Part shown: one piece after another, positions 26,050 to 38,703 of the stretch
Layout: the number at the start of each line of letters is the position of its first letter
Numbering within the stretch: the stretch's first letter is position 1
Assembly: GCA_964016885.1 (NCBI GenBank)
Contig: OZ024741.1
Location: 188,418,001 to 188,482,000, forward strand
Direction: 5' to 3'
Length of the DNA stretch: 64,000 nt
DNA from: Eledone cirrhosa
Lineage: Eukaryota
The notes under the pieces: generated by a model
What the model saw: only the letters and a program-made list of their open reading frames with translations
Databases searched by the model: none
What the model was told of the DNA's origin: nothing
Position numbers and translations under genes: made by a program

Positions 26050-27816
26050 TATGTAAGTATATATATAAATATGTAAGTATATATATATATATATGTAAGT
26101 ATATATGTAACTATATATATATATGTAAGTATATATATATATGTAAGTATATATATATATGTAAGTATATATATATGTAACTATATATATATATGTAACT
26201 ATATATATATATGTAAGTATATATATATAAGTATATATATATATATAAGTATATATATATATATATGTAAGTATATATATGTAAGTATATATATATATGT
26301 AAGTATATATATATGTAAGTATATATATATATGTAAGTGTATATATATGTAAGTATATATATATATATGTAAGTATATATATATATATAAGTATATATAT
26401 ATATATATGTAAGTATATATATATATGTAAGTATATATATATATATGTAAGTATATATATATATAAGTATATATATATGTAAGTATATATATATATGTAA
26501 GTATATATATGTAAGTATATATATATATGTAAGTATATATATATATGTAAGTATATATATATATAAGTATATATATATATATGTAAGTATATATATATAT
26601 ATGTAAGTATATATATGTAAGTATATATATATATGTAAGTATATATATATATGTAAGTGTATATATATGTAAGTATATATATATATGTAAGTATATATAT
26701 ATATGTAAGTATATATATATATGTAAGTATATATATATATGTAAGTATATATATATGTAAGTATATATATATATAAGTATATATATATGTAAGTATATAT
26801 ATATATGTAAGTATATATATATATGTAAGTATATATATATATATATATGTAAGTATATATATATATGTAAGTATATATATATGTAAGTATATATATATAT
26901 ATGTAAGTATATATATATATGTAAGTATATATATATATGTAAGTATATATATATATGTAAGTATATATATATGTAAGTATATATATATATGTAAGTATAT
27001 ATATATGTAAGTATATATATATGTAAGTATATATATATATGTAAGTATATATATATATATATGTAAGTATATATATATATGTAAGTATATATATATGTAA
27101 GTATATATATATATATGTAAGTATATATATATATATGTAAGTATATATATATATGTAAGTATATATATATGTAAGTATATATATATATGTAACTATATAT
27201 ATATGTAAGTATATATATATATGTAAGTATATATATGTAAGTATATATATATATATGTAAGTATATATATATATGTAAGTATATATATATATGTAAGTAT
27301 ATATATATGTAACTATATATATATATATATATATAAGTATATATATATATATGTAAGTATATATATGTAAGTATATATATATATGTAAGTATATATATAT
27401 ATGTAACTATATATATATATGTAAGTATATATATATATGTAAGTATATATATATATGTAAGTATATATATATATGTAAGTATATATATATGTAAGTATAT
27501 ATATATGTAAGTGTATATATATGTAAGTATATATATATATGTAAGTATATATATATATATAAGTATATATATATATGTAAGTATATATATATATATGTAA
27601 GTATATATATATATATGTAAGTATATATATAAGTATATATATATATATGTAAGTATATATATATATATGTAAGTATATATATATATGTAAGTATATATAT
27701 ACTTACATATATATATATATGTAAGTGTATATATATGTAAGTATATATATATATGTAAGTATATATATATATATGTAAGTATATATATATATATGTAAGT
27801 ATATATATATATGTAA

Positions 27817-27820
<4 letters not shown>
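26050..27820. repeat. (GTAAGT)(AT)n compound satellite, ~1.8 kb
   Basis: About 100 units of atgtaagt separated by variable AT runs. Confidence 0.97.
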
Positions 27821-27875
<55 letters not shown>

Positions 27876-27878
<3 letters not shown>

Positions 27879-27990
27879 TTTCTGAATTTGTTTAGCAAGA
27901 TTCTTTATCTGAAAACGTGTGTTGAAACCGTTATTGTTATACTTTGGGAGGGTCATGTTACCAATAAGAAACACACGCACCAGTTGCTTT

Positions 27991-27992
<2 letters not shown>
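27876..27992 (-). mobile_element. PLE extreme 3' end stub
   Basis: Reverse complement of 34177-34293. Confidence 0.8.
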
Positions 27993-28027
<35 letters not shown>

Positions 28028-28029
<2 letters not shown>

Positions 28030-28295
28030 AGGCATGTGGCCTAATGGTAAGGGTGTTTGACTTACGATCATAATGTCATGGGCTCAATTCCTGGGTTGCG
28101 CATTGTGTTCTTGAGCAAGACACTTCATTTCACGTTGCTCCAGTATACTCAACTAAAAATGAGTACCAGCTGGGGTTTTAACCCTGCGATGGACTGGCGT
28201 CCTGTCCAGGGGGATGTTTTATACTCTCAGTAGCTTCACGCCATGAAACCGGGATAAGCAGCAGCCAAATGAGCTTAAGACAGACTTTAGACTTA
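28028..28295 (+). mobile_element. tRNA-derived CORE-type SINE with a different tail
   Basis: tggcctaatgg A box, ttcttgagcaagacactt core, aaccctgcgatggactggcgtcctgtccagggg body. Confidence 0.75.
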
Positions 28296-28320
28296 GATAT
28301 ATGTATATATATATATATAT

Positions 28321-28594
28321 ATTGGTAAACGGAATAGAAAATGCTGACAAATTGTTCACAGTTGAAAAATGGTTTAATTAGGAATAAAAGAGTATTAGTG
28401 ATTGTATGGGTTAGTATTCAGTTGTGGTTTTAGGTTTTTAAGTTTTTACCGGTTGCGCATTTCTAAATGCTTTTCAAAAATAATTTTGAGATAGAGTGTC
28501 CGTGCTGTTTGCTCTGATCTGATTAGTTTTGGGAATTCTACCTGTTTTTATGTTGCTTTCAGACACATTCTTACTGACCATCGAATTACTTTGC

Positions 28595-28629
<35 letters not shown>

Positions 28630-28713
28630 ATCTTAATAGCCATTTGACACACATCGCTGCTGGCCATTGTCGCTGCATCGAACACCTTACTACTACTACT
28701 ACTACACACACAC

Positions 28714-28744
<31 letters not shown>

Positions 28745-29272
28745 TACACACACACACACACACATATTTGTTGTGAAAGAGTCATTTCTCAATCTTGGCG
28801 CAAAACCAATTTTTTATCCACATGACCTCTACCGACCAATCAAAATTGTTTTGACCAAGAATTTTTGCTGGAGCCACTTTTTTAACATAAAAACAGTCTT
28901 GGCGCAAAATCAACTTTTTACATTCACATGACCTCTACCGACCAATCAAAATTGTTTTGACCACAAGCATTTTTGCAACACAAAAATAACGCTGGAGCCA
29001 CTTTTTTAACATAAAAACAGGTAGAATTCCCAAAACTAATCAGATCAGAGCAAACAGCACGGACACTCTATCTCAAAATTATTTTTGAAAAGCATTTAGA
29101 AATGCGCAACCGGTAAAAACTTAAAAACCTAAAACCACAACTGAATACTAACCCATACAATCACTAATACTCTTTTATTCCTAATTAAACCATTTTTCAA
29201 CTGTGAACAATTTGTCAGCATTTTCTATTCCGTTTACCAATATATAATAACTTGTGTGTTACACCTCTATTC

Positions 29273-29277
<5 letters not shown>
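28321..29277. mobile_element. Fold-back cassette with ~234-bp arms (PLE-end-like)
   Basis: 28321-28554 is the reverse complement of 29008-29241. ~35-nt unpaired tail, TA flanks, internal ~107-bp tandem duplication. Confidence 0.75.
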
Positions 29278-29303
<26 letters not shown>

Positions 29304-29319
29304 TAAGCATATGTATATG

Positions 29320-29356
<37 letters not shown>

Positions 29357-29382
29357 ATTTATATTTATATATATATATATAT

Positions 29383-29570
29383 TAGGATGGAAGTGGTAAA
29401 AACCAGTTAGACCATTAATCACCAGAGTACTTGATGCTTCGGGTAGTAGAGTGGGTAATATGAAAAATTTGGAACCCCCACAGCTGAGTCCCTGCCGTTT
29501 CAACAGCTGTTGAAATGGATCTAGTTGTAGAAATGGCAGGAGCTCAGCCGTCAAGATCCCAAATTTTTCA
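29383..29570 (-). mobile_element. Diverged 3' end of the 34671-type PLE
   Basis: gtggtaaaaaccag..gggtagtagagtgggtaata resembles 34684-34752. TA flanks. Confidence 0.7.
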
Positions 29571-29572
29571 TG

Positions 29573-29632
<60 letters not shown>

Positions 29633-29654
29633 CATATACACACACATATATATG

Positions 29655-29863
29655 TGTAGGCGCCACAGTAAAAAAGCACCCAGTACTCACTGTAAATGAG
29701 GTTGGCATTAAGAAGGACATCCAGCTGTAGAAACTGAGCCCAAATCAGTCCTGTATGAGCAAGACATGGTCACCTGACCTGGCATTGCCCACAACACGAC
29801 AACCTGTCTAACCCATGCTAGCATGGAAGCATTGACATAAAATGGTGATGATGATGATGATGA
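29655..29863 (+). mobile_element. RTE 3' UTR and tail stub
   Basis: Matches 2953-3169 and ends in (GAT)n. Confidence 0.85.
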
Positions 29864-29874
29864 TATATATATAT

Positions 29875-30330
29875 GATGGTATTAAGTTGACAGAATCATA
29901 CACAACACCAGTCTTTAATGCTTTCAAAAACTCTCTGATGATTGTTCTGAGGGGATATGCTGCTGAAGTAGAATTCAAACCCCTGTTGTTTGTATATCAC
30001 TCCAAAAATCGAAAAACTTTCAAAAGCAACACTAAGTTAAATTTAGCTGTAATTTGGTATTCAAATCAAAAGATATGGATGACTAAAAGCCTTTTCGAAG
30101 ACAGGTTTACAAATTTGTATGCCCTGCTATAGAAATGTACAGTGTCAGGTATAATATTTTTAACAAAGTATTGCTCTTTTTAGATAATGCATGAAGCCAC
30201 CCAGGGAACTGAAATGATTTTTCTGACAATGGGTGGGTAAAATATGTTCCCAAGAACAAAGCTTCTTTGTTCTAGACAATAGATCAAGGTGCAATAACTA
30301 ACTTCAAGATATATTATCTGAGAAACGCTT
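29875..30330 (+). mobile_element. pogo/Tigger DDE transposase relic
   Basis: KPLLFVYHSKN..VIWYSNQKIWMTKSLFED..KVLLFLDNA*SHP..IDQGAITNFKIYYLR. Confidence 0.85.
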
Positions 30331-30334
30331 TTAA

Positions 30335-30550
30335 CCCTTTAGAATTTAAACCAGCCATAACTGGCCAAACTTCTCTCACCATTTTCTGTTCAAACCGGCT
30401 ATAACCGGCTGCTCATACTGATGTTAAGGTATTGTTTTCAACATAAATAATATCAAAATCTCATAGATTTGATATTATGTGAGATAATTTGGTAAGATAA
30501 AGCCTTTACCACAAAAATACAATATAAATATAGAGTAATGTAAATGCTAA
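30335..30550 (+). mobile_element. piggyBac-like MITE, right end eroded
   Basis: ttaa-ccctttag start. Body matches 61332-61544. Confidence 0.72.
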
Positions 30551-30604
30551 TTCGTTGAGTATCTTATTAAATTTCATAAAAAATTTAAAACAAAATATAT
30601 ATAA

Positions 30605-30752
30605 AATAATAATTGTTTCTACTTTTGGCACAAGGCCAGCAATTACCCAGTGCATTACTGGTACTTTATTTTATCGACCCCGTAAGGATGAAAGGCAAAG
30701 TTAACCTCAGAATCGCAAGGGCCATAACTCTATGCGTCAAAGCATGGAGTCA
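30605..30752 (-). mobile_element. Truncated Meta-like SINE
   Basis: Reverse complement of the 25150-25350 unit, with an internal deletion. Confidence 0.8.
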
Positions 30753-30990
30753 TATATATATATAATAATAATAATAATATTTATACTTATATATATAATC
30801 TATATACAATTATAAATATGAAGGGGTAATATTTTGTATTACCCAATTACCAGTAAGAAAATTACTCAATATAAATTATCACATGTATTACAGAGCAGAA
30901 ATACATTATAATACATATAATACGTCAGCAATTAAAATGCATTAAACAAAAATTTGATTGTTTTATATTTTGTGTTTATATATATATATA

Positions 30991-31245
30991 TAACGAAGGA
31001 AATGTGGTAAGAAACCAGATGGACCATAACGCACCAAAGTACTCAATACTTAGGGTAGTAGAGTGGGTAATAGGAACAAGTCTGACCCCGATGGCAGAGC
31101 TCAAGCTGTTTCGACAGCTAATTCTGGACTAAATAAGAATTTTTAGCCTGGTAAAGTCTTTTTATTTACCAGGCTAAAATTTCTTATTTAGTCCAGAATT
31201 AGCCGTCGAAACGGCTTGAGCTCTGCCGTCGGGGTCATACTTGTT

Positions 31246-31250
<5 letters not shown>
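30991..31250. mobile_element. Fold-back 3' end of the 34671-type PLE
   Basis: 30991-31155 matches 34671-34835. Arms at 31070-31155 and 31165-31250. Confidence 0.88.
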
Positions 31251-31277
<27 letters not shown>

Positions 31278-31280
<3 letters not shown>

Positions 31281-31630
31281 TCATCATCATCATCAGCAGC
31301 ACCGTTTAATGTCCATTCTTCCACGCTAGCATGGGTTAGACGGGTTGTCCTGTTGTGGGCAATGCCAAGTCAGGTGACCATGTCTTGCTCATACAGAACT
31401 GATTTTGGCTTGATTTCTATAGCTGGATGCCCTTCCTAACACCAACCTCATTTACAGTGTGGATTGGCTGCTTTTTACTGTGGTGCCTTCACGACCATTT
31501 TACAGTGTGGACTGTGTGCTTTTTTGTTGTGACACCTACACGACCACTTTACAGTGGGAGGGGATGGGGGCATATATCATCATTATCATCATCATCATCG
31601 TTTAACGTCTATCTTCCACGCTAGCATGGG
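31278..31630 (-). mobile_element. RTE 3' UTR and tail stub(s)
   Basis: Reverse complement of the RTE 3' UTR, with (CAT)n. Confidence 0.85.
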
Positions 31631-31879
31631 TTTATATATATAACACAGTAAAGAGAGAAGAACACATATATGTATATATATATGTGTTCAATGGACCAAT
31701 ACGTCTCTTCACTGAATTGCGAAACAGTTCTACTTTAAAACTGTTTGGATGTTGATAGTTATTATAGTCAGTTTGTATACCTTAATTTATCATTTTAATT
31801 GAGTTCTCTGAACCGTACTATCTATAGTTAATATATTTGTCACCTTGCGGTTTTGTATCCCTTATAATTTGAACACATA

Positions 31880-33228
31880 TCTATACTATAAAGCTGACGG
31901 CCGTATGTAGGTAAAAAACTTTCCATCAAACGGCTGGACCAAACAGCACCAAATTTGCACCATAGATGTAATTTTTTCCAATTAAAAAAGTGAGGGTATT
32001 TTTGTCTACTGAATTTTGTTAAAAGATTAAAGACATTATTTAAATATTCACTTCTTTAAAATTTCTAATGGCAACACTTCTGGTTATACATCATTCCTCA
32101 CTTTTTTTATGACGTCGCACAACATTCCCCTCTTTTTCTTAGTCTGTATGTCTGGCTGTCTGCATTAGATAACATTTTTCGAAATATTTACTTCTGCGTT
32201 CACAGACTGATTTTTTAAGTTTCAGAAGATCCTGTTAAGGGTGAAAGTAGCGATTCTTTGCTGAAACTTTAATCTGTTATTTTAATATATATATTCGTGT
32301 ACAGATATTTTTGCATACACAAAAATAAAAACCTATTTATTTATTGAAAGCACAGACGGCTTATCGTCATTGTTACTGTTCGAGGTTAGAGGACCACAGT
32401 CTTTCCAAGATCTGAGAACCATCAATGTTCCACTTACCGTTTGGCTTGCCAGATGCGTGGTATGTTACACGATGACAGCCATTGACATCTCACCCTGCAA
32501 GAAGCAGCAAATGTTAAAGTCCCTTCCCAGCTGCGAAAACTTTTTGCCATTATGCTGCACAACTGCGATCTCGCCGACCCTCTCGCACTGTGGAACAACC
32601 ACCGCGAAAGTCTAGCTGAAGACATCCTCCACCTCACACGCAGACACAATCCAAATGTAACATACAATGTCGTTTTCAATGAGGCTCTCATTTGTCTTGA
32701 AAAGAGTGTCCTGGAGATTGGTGGTAGGCCTCTAAGTCACTACAGCTTACCTGCTCCTGACAGGAGTGTCCAGAGGTCAACGTCTACAGAGCTTCTCCGC
32801 GAGACGAGCTACGAAATCACTGATTCTCCCATGCTCAATTGTATCTAGGATGCTCTAGGGTTAGCTCACCAAACAATCTCTTCATCTTTACTCCGGAAGG
32901 CCGAACAAAACATATTGTATACTCTGAGGCTCTAACAATGTAATTTAAATATTTTCTGTTACTTGGAATTTCCATTATGGTTGTACAAATTATTGTTTGT
33001 TAAAAAATTTGTTCTCTGTTCAGCCTTTATTGTTGTAACTATCAATTTTCTTTAACGTACTGGCTGCTGATCTGGGGAATCCTAAAAACTATTCAAACCC
33101 AACATCAGAGCACGTTAACCCCCCACCCTCGCTGACTTGAGAGGGTGTGCGGTATCTTTGCACTAGAGTGTAGGGGGGATTCCTGAAAAGATAAAATGCT
33201 GGTATACCTAGACAGACGGGCCAGCTAG
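31880..33228 (+). mobile_element. Non-autonomous Helitron with RepHel fragments
   Basis: 5' TCTATACTAT, 3' CTAG, inserted between A and T. Fragments VRGPQSFQDLRTIN, QLRKLFAIML..PLALWNNHRESLAEDIL and helicase C-terminus FSHAQLYLGCSRV..KHIVYSEAL. Confidence 0.9.
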
Positions 33229-33762
33229 TATATATGTATGTGTTCTTCTCTCTTTACTGTGATATAAAGGGCTTGAAATTTTTCCTTGAATTAATTTGAT
33301 TATAAGGGAGTATTGTGAGTTTTTAACTCAACATATTAATTTATATATAGATAGATAGATACATATAATAACAAAAAATAACAAACACAAAGATACAAAG
33401 ATATTAGTTTCACATTTTGGATGAAAGAAAGAAAAAAGTTCGATATATCAGACGTTAGTCTTTCATCATATGTGTGTGTGTATATATATATATATGTGTG
33501 TGTGTAGTTGGTAAATTTTTTCCGGAGGTCGAAACCAAATTTGGTCCAATTGATGTGGAAATTATTAAATTTCTTTGATTGTTATCAGCCTGTTTGTTCT
33601 ATATGAGTGCTGCTTTCCTATGAAAGAATCACTATAGATGTACTCCGAAACGAATTATCCCTGCACTTGCCATTGTTATCATTGAGCAGTTCTATAGGAA
33701 GCAAGATTGAAAAATTCCATTGGTTTCTGTACATCATATTGATCTAAATTCTCCATTATATA

Positions 33763-33808
<46 letters not shown>

Positions 33809-33815
<7 letters not shown>

Positions 33816-34292
33816 ATACTTTGGGAGGGTCATGTTGCCAATAAGAAACACACGCACCAGTTACTTTCACTTCAATTTATTATAATAAATTTATAAATTT
33901 ACTAATTTATAAATTTCCGGTTGGTTGATTGGTTCCACAACCAGATGATTGTTTATATATTGTCAAAGTTCTTTCGTCACACATTCTGTGACCTATTCAG
34001 TGACTGGGGATTCTTTTCTTTGTTTTTGTGCCTCCTACGCCATCTTGTTTTTGTGTGTGTCACCAGTCACTGAAGAGGTCACAGAATGTGTGACGAAAGA
34101 ACTTTGACAATATATAAACAATAATCTGGAAATTTATAAATTCCTAAATTTATAAATTTATTATAATAAATTGAAGTGAAAGCAACTGGTGCGTGTGTTT
34201 CTTATTGGCAACATGACCCTCCCAAAGTATAACAATATCAGTTTCAACACACGTTTTCAGATAAAGAATCTTGCTAAACAAATTCAGAAACG

Positions 34293-34293
<1 letters not shown>
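33809..34293. mobile_element. Non-coding fold-back PLE end carrying a hammerhead in each arm
   Basis: Arms at 33809-34006 and 34063-34236, ~57-nt tail, TA flanks. Related to 5214-5585 and 48300-48724. Confidence 0.88.
34066..34108 (+). ncRNA. Minimal type I hammerhead ribozyme
   Basis: guca-CUGAAGA-ggucacagaaugugugac-GAAA-GAACUU-ugac. The copy in the other arm has CUGAAUA. Confidence 0.8.
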
Positions 34294-34353
<60 letters not shown>

Positions 34354-34412
34354 TCATATTTAAAATGTTGGGGAGAACAACAAGGATTTATGAATACATG
34401 TATATATTTAAT

Positions 34413-34536
34413 AGCTAACAAGTTGTTTCAAATATTGCACAATAAGAGTGGACATTGATGTTATGATATCAAATATCAATCGATATTAGTTTATTAAAAA
34501 TAAATAAATAAATGTGTCAATATCATCTTCAGAGCC
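34413..34536 (-). ncRNA. Type I hammerhead with long helix II
   Basis: Minus: ggcu-CUGAAGA-ugauauug...caauauuu-GAAA-CAACUUG-UU-agcu. Confidence 0.7.
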
Positions 34537-34670
34537 TAAAAATTTTTTTTATAACATATTAATTCATAAATTAAATCATTTCACCGAATATATATATATA
34601 TATAGGAACAAGTATAACCCCGACGGCTGAGCTCAATTCTCTATATATATATATTCTCTATATATATATA

Positions 34671-37600
34671 TAACGAAGGAAATGTGGTAAGGAACCAGAT
34701 GGACCATAATGCACCAAAGTACTTAATACTTAGGGTAGTAGAGTGGGTAATAGGAACAAGTATGACCCCGACGGCTGAGCTCAAGCCGTTTGGACGGCTA
34801 TTTCTGGACTAAATAAGAATTTTTAGCCTGGTAAATAAATAGCCGAACTTCTCGGGGGTAATTCCTTATATGGGAAGATAGTAATTGTCAAAAGGATTGG
34901 TCAAAAATTTGTTGTAAAGACAGATGATTCTATCATGGCATTTGGTGGGAGGTAGGGGTAGCTGAACTTGCCTGTAGAACAAAGAGGGAGTGGGGGAAAC
35001 CCAGTCAAGCGTTGAAAGTGAAATCTATACAGCAGATTCTAAGGATAGTGGATAGAAGGTCGCAAAAAGTGTACTGGAGAAGGGGAGGGAGAGGGAGTTG
35101 AAAGAATAGGTAAATCGAAAGGGAGTAAACAAAAAAACCATTATAAAAATAAGGAAATAAATATATAAAAAACAATTTCTGGTTACTACTCCATTTCCAC
35201 AATCACCAAATCTCTCATTGGTATTGCTAAGCTATAGATAAGTTTAATAGGTGGAGAAAAATACTAAAGCGAGATTGTAGTGAAAGAATTTTATAAAGCC
35301 GGCTTTACAGGAGGTCTAACACCACTGCTATAGTTAGTTAGTAATCAGCCAATGCTATCTTACAATGACAGGTTAATAAGTTGGGAACAAAAATACTAAA
35401 ATACTACTACAAAAATACTAATACGAAATATTAATTCAGAATACTAATACAAAAATACTAATACAAGAATACTAATACAAAAATACCACTAAGAAATTTA
35501 GAAACCACAGAAATGGAGCAGCAACTGGAAAGAAAACAATTTACTGGGGGTCTAACACATCTGCTATAAAAAGCGTAATCGGCCAATTCTATTTTAAAAT
35601 TAGGGGGGTGGGGGTACTGAGGCTACAGAGGACCGATGGGCTGCATCGGGGTAGGCGAAAAGGTGAAAAAAAGACAAGTACGGAGATCTGGGGTGGAAGG
35701 ACTAGGAAGAGATGGGGTGAAGAAGGAAATATAGAGGAAAAGATAAAAAAAAAGTTACGTCTACCTTTGTAAGCAGGGGTTACCCCTTACAAAATCGGCA
35801 AGTGGGGTGTTTCAGCCCTTTTCTAAACCCCCCCCCCCCCACACACACACACCGGGTCATTATGGGGTTTGAGGGTGAGGTAAGTCCTATACAATCTGTG
35901 TTTGCATGTAGTTACCAGTTCGACTTTCTTGTTTAGGAGTTGGTCCTTCGAAAACAGCATTTGTAATGTTTCCTCCGAGCATAAGTTACACGGACGGCGT
36001 CCTCCCGTGTAAGAATTAGCTCTGGACAGTAAGCTCCAAGTGAGATTGTAGGTTATATTATTATCTTTGAGGTCCCAGATGTGGCCCGAAAGTGTAGTGA
36101 CATGAGGCCGGGCCGGGTTTCGGAAAGTATGTCGGTGTAGGTAGAGCCGGGTCTTGAAGTCACAAGCGGTTAATCCTATATAAGCTTTGTTGGAGGTGTC
36201 CATCCTCACGTTGCACTGGTAGATCACATTACGATCTCGGCATCTGTTGTTGAGGGGGCAAAGGGATCTATCAGGACAGTTACACCTCCTGGTCGGCTCT
36301 CCACTGCTGTCGAGGTTATTTCTTCCATAGGGCTTGAGTTTTTTGTTGTTAGAGGAGACGATATTTTGTGCGAAGTTAGGTGTGGTGCTGTAGGAGAGTT
36401 TGATGGTGTTTTTGTTGATTATGTTGTGGTAGCGGTGTTGTAGTGGGAAGTGTTTTTCGATGAGCCTAAAGAAGATTTTCCCGATAGGTGTTGTCACCTA
36501 GGCATTGTGGGGAGGATTGAACCACGTTATGTTGCGTGAGCGGCAGTTTCGCCTGCTGGTTCCGCTAATGGAAGCTGGATAATAGGATATTTCTCCCGGA
36601 AGCCACTCCGCTTGAGGGCCTGGTTGTAATAAGGCGCATGTTCGTCGAATATCTGCTCATTAGCGGACAAACGAGATATGCGGAGGGAGATGTTTTTAAC
36701 CAGGTTATTGGTGATGTTTCTAGGATGGTTCGACCGGCGGTGGATGTAGTGCAGGTTGTCGTTTGGTTTCCTGTATGGGTAGTACAGATCATTATCGAGG
36801 TTAAGGGTAACGTCCATGAAGTTTACTCGGGTTAGGGACGTTTGTAGGGTTATTTTAAATCCCCAGTCACGGAAGAAGCTGATTAATTGTTTACGGATCT
36901 GGCCTGTATTACTGGGGTTGTACCCTTTGAGGGTAAGGAGCCCATCATCACGGTACAATCCACCGCCGAATGCAGGAAATATTTTGGTGAGTTTAAATAG
37001 TAGGAATAATCTTATAAGATCTGTGACCTCAGCCAAATCCGTCGCGCCCATACTGACGTCGAAGGGGGAGTCAGGAGCTTTCTTTAACCATTTGTAGTTG
37101 TCGAAAAGTAGCACTGTCTTCCTGGCGTGGAGGATGATATTTCTTTCCTGGTCGGTGATGGGCGTGAGTGTTTCGGCAAAGTCCAAGGCGGCCGTAAGGA
37201 GCGGTAAGGTAATTGATGCATAGTAACTCTCTATGTCAAACTGGATGAATTTTGTGTCTCGTTTGTCCTCCATATTGCTGAACCATGAGATTACTTCCTG
37301 GGCGTTGACCCATAGGTTAAGTCTCGCGTTTTGCTTAACTTTTGGTATAACGCGGTCTAGGATTTTTTTTACTGATTCTCCCTATGTCGGACTTCGTTGG
37401 GTTTATAAGCCTGATGGATGGTTTACGGTCGAAGTCGGATTTGTGGTCCTTCAGTGTGAAGTAGGGAGTCAGTGGGTCTAGGGGTTCAGTGCGGTCGGCG
37501 ACCCCGAGGCTGGAGGTAATTTGTTGTCCATCTCGATTTATGTTCTCGATACTTGAATGGTTAACATTTTTATAGGTGGAGTTTAGGCTGCTCCTGATCA

Positions 37601-38703
37601 GTGTGTGGTATCTGTCGGGGTTGACGAAGTAGAGGTTTCCAGTTTTGTCCGAGTGCATCCATCTCTTCCTAGTCCTTCCACCCCAGATCTCCGTACTTGT
37701 CTTTTTTTCACCTTTTCGCCTACCCCGATGCAGCCCATCATTCCTCTGTAGCTTCAGTACCCCCACCCCCCTAATTTTAAGATAGAATTGGCCGATTACG
37801 CTTTTTATAGCAGATGTGTTAGACCCCAGTAAATTGTTTTCTTTCCGGTTGCTGCTCCATTTCTGTGGTTTCTAAATTTCTTAGTGGTATTTTTGTATTA
37901 GTATTCTTGTATTAGTATTTCTGTATTAGTATTCTGAATTAATATTTCGTATTAGTATTTTTGTAGTAGTATTTTAGTATTTTTGTTCCCAACTTATTAA
38001 CCTGTCATTGTAAGATAGCATTGGCTGATTACTAACTAACTATAGCAGTGGTGTTAGACCTCCTGTAAAGCCGGCTTTATAAAATTCTTTCACTACAATC
38101 TCGTATTTAGTATTTTTCTCCACCTATTAAACTTATCTATAGCTTAGCAATACCAATGAGAGATTTGGTGATTGTGGAGATGGAGTAGTAACCAGAAATT
38201 GTTTTTTATATATTTATTTCCTTATTTTTATAATGGTTTTTTTGTTTACTCCCTTTCGATTTACCTATTCTTTCAACTCCCTCTCCCTCCCCTTCTCCAG
38301 TACACTTTTTGCGACCTTCTATACACTATCCTTAGAATCTGCTGTATAGATTTCACTTTCAACGCTTGACTGGGTTTCCCCCACTCCCTCTTTGTTCTAC
38401 CGGCAAGTTCAGCTACCCCTATCTCCCACCAAATGCCATGATAGAATCATCTGTCTTTACAACAAATTTTTGACCAATCCTTTTGACAATTACTATCTTC
38501 CCATATAAGGAATTACCCCCGAGAAGTTCGGCTATTTATTTACCAGGCTAAAAATTCTTATTTAGTCCAGAAATAGCCGTCCAAACGGCTTGAGCTCAGC
38601 CGTCGGGGTCATACTTGTTCCTATTACCCACTCTACTACCCTAAGTATTAAGTACTTTGGTACGTTATGGTCCATCTGGTTCCTTACCACATTTCCTTCG
38701 TTA
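34671..38703 (-). mobile_element. 5'-truncated PLE (Nematis-like, tentative) with ~1045-bp inverted arms
   Basis: 34671-35715 is the reverse complement of 37659-38703 with few mismatches. RT and EN between the arms, TA flanks. Confidence 0.93.
35823..37658 (-). pseudogene. PLE RT plus GIY-YIG ORF, broken by frameshifts and a stop
   Basis: DKTGNLY, TLKDHK..RLINP, FDIESYYASI, FDVSMG, GLYRDDGL, NFMDVT, SNHP, WFNPP, CNC..CPL, VIYQC..YIGLT, CNLCSEE. Confidence 0.92.

Noticed and set aside
27908-27936. ctgaaaacgtgtgttgaaac as a hammerhead (also minus at ~34240 and ~48670)
   Set aside because: Lacks G8, no helix I, and antisense to the element. The true motif lies further inside.
35823-37658. Naiad-type selenoprotein PLE
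   Set aside because: The EN is C-terminal (Naiads have it N-terminal), the in-frame stops here and at ~13272 are TAG rather than TGA, and no SECIS-like motif was seen.
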